Assembly (NCBI GenBank): GCA_003514055.1
Contig: DOSG01000008.1
Location: forward strand, 208,087-259,162
From: Candidatus Yanofskybacteria bacterium
GTDB taxonomy: Bacteria; Patescibacteriota; Minisyncoccia; 2-02-FULL-40-12; GWA2-44-9
Length of the DNA stretch: 51,076 bases
Direction: 5' to 3'
A model generated the notes under the pieces. It saw only the letters and a list, made by a program, of their open reading frames with translations, did no database searches and was not told where the DNA came from. This document shows, in pieces, positions 19,513 through 28,740 of this stretch (position 1 is its first letter; every line of letters begins with the position of its first letter). A program made the position numbers and the translations under genes.

Positions 19513-21271
19513 TGTGCTCTATATGATTTATTATTTTAGTCGCCCTACCATCCCAGGATATATCTTTTAAATTTTTTAATACATTCGCCTCTAAATCATG
19601 CCTGAGCTCTTCGTCTCTGGCCAAATGCAATACAGTATCTCTGAGATCCTCTACGTTGCCAACCTCATAAAACACGGCTCCACTTTCCGACAACGCAGAC
19701 TTTAAAGTATCTATATTAGAAGCGACAATGGCTTTCCCTGCAGCCATAAATTCATAAACCTTTATCGGAGAGGTTGTCTTCCCGTGAGCATTGTTGGGAA
19801 GTGGAATTACGACAACATCTATGGCCCTAAGATAAGTCGGTATTTTGCCATATTCTACATGGCCTGCAAATTCTATGTTGTCCGAGCGAACCATGGACTT
19901 ATATTTATTTACTAGATTATCTGGACCCCCCACGATAAGTAATCTAGCCATACTCAAACTTATCTTGTTAAAGGCTTCTATTAAATCCCCGACGCCCTTA
20001 TCATTCCCAACCGCTTCTAGGCTACCAACATATCCAAATATAATATCATTAGAATCGATACCAAGACTACGCCTAGCCTCATCTTTGGTCAGTTTTATAT
20101 TAAAATAATCCAGATCTACTCCATTCGGAGCCACTAACACTTTATCTAGGTTGAGCTTATAATGCTGCCTGAGTAGCTCCAACGTTCCCTCAGAGTTGAC
20201 TATAATCCTCCTAGCATTTTTCAATATTAATCCGATGAAAGCCTTTGATCTCTTGGATCGGTAATCGTGAATTTCGGCGATTGGCTTCAAGCCCATAATG
20301 GATAACAGCAAGAGGATCGCGTAATCACGGGAATAAAAAGTAGCCCCACCGCCCGCATGTTTAATTACATAAAGCCAACTAGACGCGACAAAGCTTAATG
20401 ATCTGACATAATACGCCAGCTTTCTAGGGATCACCTTGATAAAAAACAAATCAATACTAGGCAACCTTTTGATCTCAAAATTTCTTTCTACTTTATAATA
20501 AGAGAACGGATCTTCTTTTATCCTGGCCACGTGCCAAGGGATAACTAACTCAATCTGGACTCCAGTCCTAGCAAAAGCCTCACAAGACTTCATGATTTGG
20601 ACTCCCCTCGCCTTTACCGTTGGCAGCTCGACATTTGTGATATATATTATTCGCTTACTCGGCTGGATAAATTTAATCAGCTCGGGACTCAGCTCCTTAT
20701 CAAGGCCGACCGTCTGAGTATGCAAATAAACATGCTCAGACGAAGAGGCTAAAGCTCTTCTGGCTAGGGCATAGTTTTCGGCCAAACAACTTTGCCATCG
20801 TCTCAGATACTCTGTTCCGAATCTATCCCTGGCCCAATAGCCCCTATCCTTAGATCTTTCTATGGAATCCTCGATTGATACATCCATGATAATTACTTTA
20901 TCGACTAAGAACAGCTTACTGGCCATTTCCTTCATACTGGAATACATCAAAATGTCGTCGGGTGTAGATAATAGATTCTGCAGTAAGCCCTGGTCTATAA
21001 TCGCATTTTTATATTTTTTCGCTTTTTGATACTTGGCATTCCCGTACAAGAATATGTTTATCAGCTTATACCTGAATAGCTCTGAATTTAAAACGAGCTT
21101 TAAAAATAGATAAGAGAATATTACCGGGTGCAAAAAGGCAAACGCAAGATTATACAAAAACAATTCTAGTTTATTGTTTATTTTAACGATCTTAAATCCA
21201 AAAGAAGATTCAAGTTTACGAGCAGTTGTAGTTTTGCCAGAGGCTGGCAACCCAAATAGTTCTACGATCAT
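19496..21271 (-). CDS. P-loop kinase-like domain fused to a GT4 glycosyltransferase
   Basis: N-terminal Walker A GLPASGKTT and IIDQGLLQ; C-terminal PNGVD, YVGSL, SPIKVYEFMAAGKAIVAS. Confidence 0.85.
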   Translation of the reverse strand: MIVELFGLPASGKTTTARKLESSFGFKIVKINNKLELFLYNLAFAFLHPVIFSYLFLKLVLNSELFRYKLINIFLYGNAKYQKAKKYKNAIIDQGLLQNLLSTPDDILMYSSMKEMASKLFLVDKVIIMDVSIEDSIERSKDRGYWARDRFGTEYLRRWQSCLAENYALARRALASSSEHVYLHTQTVGLDKELSPELIKFIQPSKRIIYITNVELPTVKARGVQIMKSCEAFARTGVQIELVIPWHVARIKEDPFSYYKVERNFEIKRLPSIDLFFIKVIPRKLAYYVRSLSFVASSWLYVIKHAGGGATFYSRDYAILLLLSIMGLKPIAEIHDYRSKRSKAFIGLILKNARRIIVNSEGTLELLRQHYKLNLDKVLVAPNGVDLDYFNIKLTKDEARRSLGIDSNDIIFGYVGSLEAVGNDKGVGDLIEAFNKISLSMARLLIVGGPDNLVNKYKSMVRSDNIEFAGHVEYGKIPTYLRAIDVVVIPLPNNAHGKTTSPIKVYEFMAAGKAIVASNIDTLKSALSESGAVFYEVGNVEDLRDTVLHLARDEELRHDLEANVLKNLKDISWDGRATKIINHIEHNEISK

Positions 21272-23043
21272 GGCTTTGAAAATATAATCGAGTAAGACTC
21301 GACGAATAAGCTATTAATGCCATCCAAAGAACCCCTTCCTATAAGCCTTTTGATTAAGCGATTCATGCGCGGAGATTTGAAGAATGGGAAACCCATGGTC
21401 ACCGGGCGAATGCTTTCTATCGATAGGCCCCTACTTTTGAGTAGCTTAGCCAGCCTATCTGGATGTATCTGCTTGATATGGAATTCTGGTATCTCCCTAT
21501 TCGCTAACCTGTAACGCCAGTACTGAGGGAATTTAGTAATTATCATGCCCCTGCCTCCGGACACGATTAGGTCTGATATTTTCCCTACGGCAATATCTTT
21601 ATCCGAGATATACTCCAAAGCACGTGAAGAAAAGAACAAGTCATATTTTTTAGCAGGCTCAAATTTAATGAAATCTGTATTTACGAAACCTATATCACCC
21701 CTACCGATGAGATTTTTTCTTGCCAATTCCAACATCTCGGAAGAGATATCAACCAGATCGAATTTGGCCGCAGGATTTTTATCTACAAATAACCTGGTCC
21801 ACGTACCCGGGCCAGGTCCAATCTCTAGGTAATTATTGAACTTAACCGTTTTGCTAAATTTCTGAACTTCTTCTAGCGTCATATTGTACCCAGCCCTAGC
21901 TATCTCACTCTTGAACCAACGATGCCTCTCGTAGTCGCCACCAAAATCTATTTTGATCTTTCTATCGTAGTAATCCCCCACGTCGTTTTGGTTCTTTATA
22001 ATCTTAGAAACTCGGCTCACAAGGCCAACTAGATCATGCTCTCCGACTACTATTTCTCTCAATTTGTTACCAACGACTTCGACTTCTTGTTCGGAAAGGC
22101 CAAATATATATTTTATTCTCTCTGCTAGACCCGCATGATCATTCTTCTCATACATAAGACTAGGGCTCAGGTCACCCAATACATCTCGCAAAGCTTCATT
22201 GCAAGTAAGCACGGGCACGCCGCAAGACATGGCTTCCAAGATGGCCTTATCGAGGCTCCCGGTGTGACTCATATTAACGAACAGGCCTGAAGCTCCGAGA
22301 ATAGCCGACAAGGCATTATTAGCCGCAGCACCAGTAAAAGAAATTTTAGACTCCAAGCCATTATCTTTGACCATAGACTTCAGACGAACGAGATACTCTT
22401 CATCAGGGCTAGTAGCCGGGGCACCGACGATCCTTACTTTGATCGTATTAAAGAGATCAATTCTGGTTTCTTTAATGACAAGTATAGCCCTTATCAGAGT
22501 CTCATAGTCTTTAGATGGTGATATCCTACCGATCGAAACGATATTACGTCTTTCTTTCTTGTCGGCTGGATTAGAATTAAAAATAGTTGTGTTTATGCCC
22601 TGGCCAACAATTCTTTTTTTGCTAGTCTCGATGCGATAACCTTCATCTGTCGAAGTAAAAGCTATGTCGGTAAAAACATTCGCTAACCTCAACTTTGAAC
22701 TGACGCGGCCATGAGCATACCAGAGAGAAGATTTTTTGCCTTTCATTCTCCAGATCAATCCGCCCAATACCATCCAGATCGGATTCATGTGAACAAAAAC
22801 AGAATCATAATCTAGGGTCATGATGTGTTTATAAAAATTAAAGAGCTGGACGACCTTGCCCTCCCCTCTATCTTTACCGAGGGAAAATACCTTAACATTG
22901 CTTGGCAGACTATAAGCTCTCTTTTCTAGGCATAATATGCTTACAGCCTCAAAATGCTTAGAAAATTCATTCAGCCAACCAATAAAAAAGCCTAGGAGCT
23001 GATCGTTCTCATCTACTTTCTGAGTAATAATTAGAAGCTTCAT
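21268..23043 (-). CDS. GT4 glycosyltransferase fused to a C-terminal class I methyltransferase
   Basis: SIGRISPSKDYE, SLDKAILEAMSCGVPV; C-terminal YLEIGPGPGTWT, DLVDISSEML, YDLFFSSRALEY. Confidence 0.88.
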   Translation of the reverse strand: MKLLIITQKVDENDQLLGFFIGWLNEFSKHFEAVSILCLEKRAYSLPSNVKVFSLGKDRGEGKVVQLFNFYKHIMTLDYDSVFVHMNPIWMVLGGLIWRMKGKKSSLWYAHGRVSSKLRLANVFTDIAFTSTDEGYRIETSKKRIVGQGINTTIFNSNPADKKERRNIVSIGRISPSKDYETLIRAILVIKETRIDLFNTIKVRIVGAPATSPDEEYLVRLKSMVKDNGLESKISFTGAAANNALSAILGASGLFVNMSHTGSLDKAILEAMSCGVPVLTCNEALRDVLGDLSPSLMYEKNDHAGLAERIKYIFGLSEQEVEVVGNKLREIVVGEHDLVGLVSRVSKIIKNQNDVGDYYDRKIKIDFGGDYERHRWFKSEIARAGYNMTLEEVQKFSKTVKFNNYLEIGPGPGTWTRLFVDKNPAAKFDLVDISSEMLELARKNLIGRGDIGFVNTDFIKFEPAKKYDLFFSSRALEYISDKDIAVGKISDLIVSGGRGMIITKFPQYWRYRLANREIPEFHIKQIHPDRLAKLLKSRGLSIESIRPVTMGFPFFKSPRMNRLIKRLIGRGSLDGINSLFVESYSIIFSKP

Positions 23044-24207
23044 TTAAATTAGAGATTTTATATTATCGGCATAATTTTTGATGGCCACGGTCTTATCAAA
23101 TCTCGATAAGTCGGTTTCAACTTTGATATCTTTCGCTTCTTTGAAGGCTTTTATAGCTTGGTCTGATGACCAGTCGATAATCCGCCCGTTATTAGAATTC
23201 AAAACGTCCGGGACTATCCCTACTAGCGTAGCTATGACCGGAATACCGCAAGCTAGGGCTTCTAAGATAACTCTGGGGCCGCCTTCATTGTAGGATAACA
23301 TTATTAGCGCGCGAGATTCATTTATAAGTTTGGCAACCTCGGCGGAATCTTTGGCCCAACCATAAAGAATGACACGGTCATTCAATTTTGAATTTTGAAT
23401 TTCTAATTTTAAATAATTATGAAGGGCGCCGTTGCCGACGATTAAGATCTTGAGATTGGATTTTTTGGCTATCTCTAGTAATATGTCTAATCCCTTGTTT
23501 TTCTCTAGGCGTCCAACAAAAATTAGATCGTACTTTTTCTCTAAATTCATGAGCTTAAAAATGTCTAAGTCAATATAAAAAGCTGGAATATATTTGATCT
23601 TACTCTCCGATACTCCTGCCTTTTTCAAGAAACCGGGCACTTCGTTTTTATTGATTACTCTAATCGCTTTAGCCTTGGAAGAATCGATAGATATAAAAAT
23701 TCTGGTCAAAAATTTATAAAAGAATTCTCTAAGATCAGAAGTCCTAGGGTAACCAGGTATGTGCATTATTTCAAGAACATATGGAACTTTGATCTTATTC
23801 CAGAGCATTCTTGCTCCGAGGCCATTATAGAATGGCGGATACTCGTGGACGGTCATGACCCAATTTTGATTTTCTAATTCCCAATGGCGGTCTTTGCCGC
23901 CTAAAAGACCGCCATTAGCGCTTAAAATTTTTAGACCTTCAAAATAAATCCAGAATGGCTGGAGGATTTTGGGCCAGGGTGAGGGATGAATGAAAACGTT
24001 GCCGAAGAATTTATTCTCATAACGAAGGGCGCCTTTTCCGGCAGCTGCCGGAGCCAAAAGACCGCGATCATTCCGGACTCTTGGGCAGATGATGTCGATA
24101 CGATCCCAGTGTTTATGGAATTCCTCAAGAGTATTATAAAAAGCGCCGCGCTTCCCTTCGGCCAATGCAGACGCACCAACACCGGAAATCATTAGTAAGC
24201 GAGCCAA
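23044..24207 (-). CDS. GT4 glycosyltransferase containing two in-frame palindromic insertions
   Basis: FVGRLEKNKG, EGGPRVILEALACGIPV; foreign-looking segments DRGLLAPAAAGKGALR and NGGLLGGKDRH. Confidence 0.88.
   Translation of the reverse strand: MARLLMISGVGASALAEGKRGAFYNTLEEFHKHWDRIDIICPRVRNDRGLLAPAAAGKGALRYENKFFGNVFIHPSPWPKILQPFWIYFEGLKILSANGGLLGGKDRHWELENQNWVMTVHEYPPFYNGLGARMLWNKIKVPYVLEIMHIPGYPRTSDLREFFYKFLTRIFISIDSSKAKAIRVINKNEVPGFLKKAGVSESKIKYIPAFYIDLDIFKLMNLEKKYDLIFVGRLEKNKGLDILLEIAKKSNLKILIVGNGALHNYLKLEIQNSKLNDRVILYGWAKDSAEVAKLINESRALIMLSYNEGGPRVILEALACGIPVIATLVGIVPDVLNSNNGRIIDWSSDQAIKAFKEAKDIKVETDLSRFDKTVAIKNYADNIKSLI
23883..23916. repeat. Palindromic element copy A (in CDS)
   Basis: AATGGCGGTCTTT-GCCGCCTA-AAAGACCGCCATT; 34 bp (23886-23919) identical to intergenic 43378-43411. 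Confidence 0.9.
24022..24065. repeat. Palindromic element copy F (in CDS; hybrid arms, nested inner palindrome)
   Basis: ACGAAGGGCGCCTTT + TCCGGCAGCTGCCGGA (perfect 16-bp palindrome, 24037-24052) + GCCAAAAGACCGC. Confidence 0.8.
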
Positions 24208-24208
24208 T

Positions 24209-25408
24209 CTATTTTAAATTAGTAAATTTATTAGGCAGTAAAACTTCTTCTATCAAAGTGACAGTTTCTCCATACATCCTTTCTAGGCTGAATTCTGCAA
24301 CGGTCTTTTTACCCTCTTCGATAAATTTCTCCTTAAGCTCGGGCATATTGTGTAGAGTCTTGATGGCTTCAATCAAATTAAATTCATCATTATACCTGAC
24401 CATAAAACCATTCTCGCCCTGGTTGATTATCTCTTTGTTGCCACCAACGGCAGTGGTAATCACCGGAACTCCGGCTGCCATAACCTCCAATATCTGATGG
24501 GAGAAACCTTCGTAGCCGGTATTGAGCACAAAAACATCAGAAGCGGCGAGATATAGAGCTAGCTCATCCTTGGTCTTGGCACCAACCACAAAAACTTTTC
24601 GATCCAGGCCCATGTTCTTAACCATACTTTCGAGAACTTTTTTCTCGGGACCATCGCCAATAATAACCAACCTGAAGAATTGTCCAACTTCGAAAAGTTT
24701 GGGCATAATCTTGATCAACATTTTAAAACCCTTCCACGGAACCAGTCTTCCGATAGAAACGATCACGTTGCCAGCTATTCCTATTTTCTTCCGAGCTTCT
24801 TCTCTGGCGATATCCAATGGCTTAAAATCGGTTCCGTTATATACGACTCTTATCTTTTCGCCATATACGCCCCAGCCCTTAACGACACCGGAAAGATATT
24901 CGGACGGCACGATTACGGCATTCGCGTTCTCGCATATTTTTTTCTGAATCTTATGAAGCAGTCCAATCTTGCCGCGTTTTGGTTCTTTCTGGAAATCGTT
25001 CACCATCAAATAAGTCTTTCCGGTGTTGATCGCCTTCTCCCAGGCACTGTCACCCACGATTTTGACGATAAATTTCTTCTTATAAGATTTGGCCGCCTTA
25101 AAGGCCCAGTAACCAGCGCTTATGGAATTGAGCGCTAGGACTAGATCGGCCTTCTTAGCCAATCTTCTGGCCTTAAGATAATACGACAGATATTTGATAA
25201 CTTTGGGGGGCCTTCTCCAAACACGAACTATCTTAAATGGCAGACTATCATCTTCTTTGACTTTCCATTTATTGGTATATGTTAAAACGATCACTTGGTG
25301 ACCATTCTCAGTGAGCTTCTTTCCCAAGGTTTTCGCATATGAAGCTGGCCCACCGATGTCGGGAGGGAAAATGCCAGTACAGATTAGGATTTTTGATTTT
25401 TCAGTCAA
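24209..25408 (-). CDS. GT4 glycosyltransferase
   Basis: GIFPPDIGGPASY, SIGRLVPWKG, YEGFSHQILEVMAAGVPV. Confidence 0.93.
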   Translation of the reverse strand: MTEKSKILICTGIFPPDIGGPASYAKTLGKKLTENGHQVIVLTYTNKWKVKEDDSLPFKIVRVWRRPPKVIKYLSYYLKARRLAKKADLVLALNSISAGYWAFKAAKSYKKKFIVKIVGDSAWEKAINTGKTYLMVNDFQKEPKRGKIGLLHKIQKKICENANAVIVPSEYLSGVVKGWGVYGEKIRVVYNGTDFKPLDIAREEARKKIGIAGNVIVSIGRLVPWKGFKMLIKIMPKLFEVGQFFRLVIIGDGPEKKVLESMVKNMGLDRKVFVVGAKTKDELALYLAASDVFVLNTGYEGFSHQILEVMAAGVPVITTAVGGNKEIINQGENGFMVRYNDEFNLIEAIKTLHNMPELKEKFIEEGKKTVAEFSLERMYGETVTLIEEVLLPNKFTNLK

Positions 25409-25429
25409 AAGAGTAATTTTGAATTTATT

Positions 25430-26137
25430 CTACTTCTGGACAAATAGATTATACCTGATTATGTGCCAAATGGCGGCAAGGCCGTCTTTCCATGTAATCT
25501 TCTTACCGTCGCCGTAGGTCCTGCCATGATAAGAAATGCCAACCTCGTAAATTCTAAGCTTATGTTTGGATATCTGCGCGGTTATCTCCGGCTCTATACC
25601 GAACCTTTCGGCGGTCAAACACGGTAATATCTCCTTTATAGCCTTCCCAGTGAAGACTTTATACCCAGTTTCCATATCTGACAAATTCAGATTAGTGAGT
25701 ATGTTCGAAAGATATGTTAAGTATTTATTTGCCGCATAGTGCCAGAAATACAGTATCCTGCGAGGATGTACAGTGACAAATCGAGACCCATAGACTACGT
25801 CAGCGTGGCCATCTACGATAGGCTGGATAATAGTTGCATATTGATTCGGATCATATTCGAGATCTGCATCTTGAATTATAACGATGTCGCCAGTTGCCCC
25901 TTTAAATCCTTCTCGAATGGCGGCGCCCTTGCCTCGATTCTCAGCCATGAAAATAACTTGGTGTCTAGATTGATATTTTCTTAGAATCTCCCGCGTTCTA
26001 TCTTTCGAACCGTCATCAACTAAAATTACCTCTTTCGAATATGGTAAATCGACCTTCTCCACGGTAGAGATAACCTTCTCTATGGTCTTTTCTTCGTTAT
26101 ATATCGGAATTACAATACTAATCTTTTTTATAAACAT
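25430..26137 (-). CDS. GT2 glycosyltransferase, polyprenol-phosphate mannosyltransferase (DPM1)-like
   Basis: SIVIPIYNE, VDDGSKD, NRGKGAA, IIQDADLEYDP, SDMETGYK, GIEPEIT. Confidence 0.92.
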   Translation of the reverse strand: MFIKKISIVIPIYNEEKTIEKVISTVEKVDLPYSKEVILVDDGSKDRTREILRKYQSRHQVIFMAENRGKGAAIREGFKGATGDIVIIQDADLEYDPNQYATIIQPIVDGHADVVYGSRFVTVHPRRILYFWHYAANKYLTYLSNILTNLNLSDMETGYKVFTGKAIKEILPCLTAERFGIEPEITAQISKHKLRIYEVGISYHGRTYGDGKKITWKDGLAAIWHIIRYNLFVQK

Positions 26138-26149
26138 AAAAGGTAAATA

Positions 26150-26242
26150 CTAAGCACTAAATTCTAAATCCTAACAATTAAGATCTCAGAACTTTTTTTA
26201 CAGATTCATAAATACTAAATTCTAAGCCCTAGATCCTAAACA
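26150..26242. repeat. Two arrays of degenerate 7-bp tandem repeats (CTAAATY-like)
   Basis: CTAAGCA CTAAATT CTAAATC CTAACAA (26150-26177) and CTAAATT CTAAGCC CTAGATC CTAAACA (26215-26242), each preceded by TAAATA. Confidence 0.75.
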
Positions 26243-26273
26243 AATTATGAACCATAAGAATAAACTCTAAATA

Positions 26274-27491
26274 TTAATTTGGAATGAAGTTATAGATTTC
26301 TTGGAACTTTTCAGAAATTGATTGCCAGCTATATTTATTTTTAGCCAATTCTCTGCCGTTCTCAATCAGCCTTCTCCTTAAATCAACGTCAGACAGAACC
26401 ATTTTTATCTTCTTTGCCAAGTCTTCGTGATCGCCGACCCCACAAAAAAGACCAGTGACTCCATCTTCCAGAAAATCTACGATTCCACCGACACGAGTAC
26501 CGATTATTGGCACACCCACAGCCATAGCCTCCAAAAATGCATTACCTAGCCCTTCCGAATAAGATGGCCTGGCAAATACATCGGCCATACTTAAATAACC
26601 CGGTAGATCTTCGTAGTAGATATCCCCGGCGAAGATGATTCTATCAGACACGCCCAACTCTACGGTTAGACTCTCTAGCTCGTCAGCCATTGGCCCAGAT
26701 CCGATGATCACCAACCGAGTCTTTAAATTTCCGATAACCTCATCTAGCCGAGCAAAGGCCTTTATTAAAACATCGACGCCGTTCTTAGGTACCAATCGCG
26801 ATACAGTCATGACTATTCTTTCATCTTCGCGAATATTTAATCTCGACTTCATCTCTGACCCCTCAAAATCTAGTTTCTTGAATAAGTCCGAGTCGACTCC
26901 GTTGGGTATCACGATTATAGTTGCTTTCTTATTTAATTTTCGAGCAAATTCGGCCAGATAGTTGCTAATGGCCGTTATCTTATCGGACTTTTTGATGACT
27001 AGGCCTCTCATCATCTTAAGAAGCGCGCCTTGGCTATCCAACTCTTTCCCTTCTTGAAGTGTTGTGATTAACGAAACGTTGGGATCGAAGATCTTAACCA
27101 GGTAAGCGGCGATCGCGCCGTAGGAAGCTTGATATGCGTGGAGACGGCTATAGACACCGTAGCAATGGCGGTCTTTTCCGGCAGTTGCCGGAGCGAAAAG
27201 ACCGCCATTGCCGGCGAGGCTGCGGGCTTTGAAAAAGCCGAGTATCGGGAGGAGATATTTATCGAATTTAAATCCCAGCCCCAGCCTATGGACTTTAATA
27301 TTGCCTACTTGTTCGGTCTTCTTGTTGGCTCTCGAGAAACGGGCTGTAATTAAATCAAAGCTAATCTCAGGAAGCCTTCGGCAGATTTCTTCCATGGCTA
27401 TTTCTGAGCCTCCGATCATTGGCCTAAAAGCCGTGGAAAATAGTAAAATTCTCTTTGATTCTGGTTCCATTTTATGATACCATCGTCTCAT
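26274..27491 (-). CDS. GT4 glycosyltransferase with one in-frame palindromic insertion
   Basis: IGGSEIA, IPNGVD, TVSRLVPKNG, EGLGNAFLEAMAVGVP; insertion NGGLFAPATAGKDRH. Start may be ATG 27470 (MEPES). Confidence 0.92.
   Translation of the reverse strand: MRRWYHKMEPESKRILLFSTAFRPMIGGSEIAMEEICRRLPEISFDLITARFSRANKKTEQVGNIKVHRLGLGFKFDKYLLPILGFFKARSLAGNGGLFAPATAGKDRHCYGVYSRLHAYQASYGAIAAYLVKIFDPNVSLITTLQEGKELDSQGALLKMMRGLVIKKSDKITAISNYLAEFARKLNKKATIIVIPNGVDSDLFKKLDFEGSEMKSRLNIREDERIVMTVSRLVPKNGVDVLIKAFARLDEVIGNLKTRLVIIGSGPMADELESLTVELGVSDRIIFAGDIYYEDLPGYLSMADVFARPSYSEGLGNAFLEAMAVGVPIIGTRVGGIVDFLEDGVTGLFCGVGDHEDLAKKIKMVLSDVDLRRRLIENGRELAKNKYSWQSISEKFQEIYNFIPN
27162..27211. repeat. Palindromic element copy E (in CDS; nested inner palindrome)
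   Basis: GCAATGGCGGTCTTTT ... AAAAGACCGCCATTGC (16-bp arms) around TCCGGCAGTTGCCGGA. Confidence 0.9.
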
Positions 27492-27528
27492 AAATAAGGG
27501 CTTAGTTCAACCTAATTAGCTAGATAAA

Positions 27529-28683
27529 ATGAGGATTCTATTCATTATCACTCAATCAGAGTTTGGCGGCGCCCAGCGCTTTATTTTTAATTTAGTAAAT
27601 AAGCTAAGAGTTGGCCCAAAATACGAGATTACCGTGGCCACGGGAAGCGATGGCGGCGGCAACCTGCTAAAATCAGTTCAGAATATTGGCCTACCGATTC
27701 ACGAGATTAAGCATTTAAAACGAAATATAAGCATCGGACACGATATACTTGCGATATTTGAGATTAGAAATTTAATTCATGAGACTAAGCCTGATGTTCT
27801 ATTCTTAAATAGTTCCAAGGCTGGCTTTATCGGCGCCCTAGCGGCAAAGTTTCCAATGCGTATCAAAAACTTAAAGATTGTCTATCGCATTGGCGGATGG
27901 ACATTTAATGATCCCTGGCCAAATTGGAAGAAAAAGATGTGGGCTATCCTAGAGAGAATTAGCGCCCGCTGGAAAGATTATATAATCGTCAACTGCAAAT
28001 CTGACTACGATCAAGCTCACAAACTAAAGATTCGCCCCAGGAACAAGCTAGTCTTGGTTCATAATGGCATCGATCCGTACAAAATCAATTTACTCACCAA
28101 AGAAGAGGCTAGGCTAAAATTATTTGAGAAAATCTCTAGACAATGGGGCAAGGTGTTCCAGGTTAAAAGAATCGTCGGCACCATAGCCAATCTCTACCCG
28201 GTCAAAGCTCTTGAATATTTCGTAGAGACCGCTGATTATTTCAAGAAAGACGAAGATACTATTTTTGTAATTATCGGCGAGGGTCAAGAATATGAGAGAC
28301 TCCAAAGTCTGATTAAGACCAAAGGCCTAGAGAAAAGCGTGTTCATAATTAGTCAGCCGACTGAAGCTAGTCAGCTTCTATCCGCCTTTGATGTATTCGT
28401 CCTCGTATCTATTAAGGAAGGCTTCTCCTGGAGCCTTCTAGAGGCTATGACCGCTAAATTACCAGTGATATCCACCGACGTTGGTGCCGCCAAAGAGATG
28501 ATTGAGGATGGTAAGAACGGATTTGTAGTGGAAGCCAGAAAACCAGAACAAATAGCGGCCAGGATAAAGGAGATATTTGATAACAGTCGCCTACAGCAAG
28601 AACTTGGCATCCAAGCCCACCAGACCGTCCTATTCAAATTCAGCCTAGATAAGATGGTCAGCCAGATAGAGAGCTTGCTATAG
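27529..28683 (+). CDS. GT4 glycosyltransferase
   Basis: SEFGGAQR, LNSSKAGFIG, VHNGID, ANLYPVK, KEGFSWSLLEAMTAKLPV. Confidence 0.93.
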   Translation: MRILFIITQSEFGGAQRFIFNLVNKLRVGPKYEITVATGSDGGGNLLKSVQNIGLPIHEIKHLKRNISIGHDILAIFEIRNLIHETKPDVLFLNSSKAGFIGALAAKFPMRIKNLKIVYRIGGWTFNDPWPNWKKKMWAILERISARWKDYIIVNCKSDYDQAHKLKIRPRNKLVLVHNGIDPYKINLLTKEEARLKLFEKISRQWGKVFQVKRIVGTIANLYPVKALEYFVETADYFKKDEDTIFVIIGEGQEYERLQSLIKTKGLEKSVFIISQPTEASQLLSAFDVFVLVSIKEGFSWSLLEAMTAKLPVISTDVGAAKEMIEDGKNGFVVEARKPEQIAARIKEIFDNSRLQQELGIQAHQTVLFKFSLDKMVSQIESLL

Positions 28684-28694
28684 TTTCTCTATCT

Positions 28695-28729
28695 GGAAAT
28701 TCTAATTATTAAAATCTAAATCCTAAATA
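28695..28729. repeat. Degenerate 7-bp tandem repeat array
   Basis: GGAAATT CTAATTA TTAAAAT CTAAATC CTAAATA in the intergenic gap. Confidence 0.5.
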
Positions 28730-28740
28730 GTCTAAGGTTT

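Noticed and set aside
23831-23838. AATGGCGG 8-mer near element copy A
   Set aside because: Part of ordinary coding sequence (YPPF); no partner arm.
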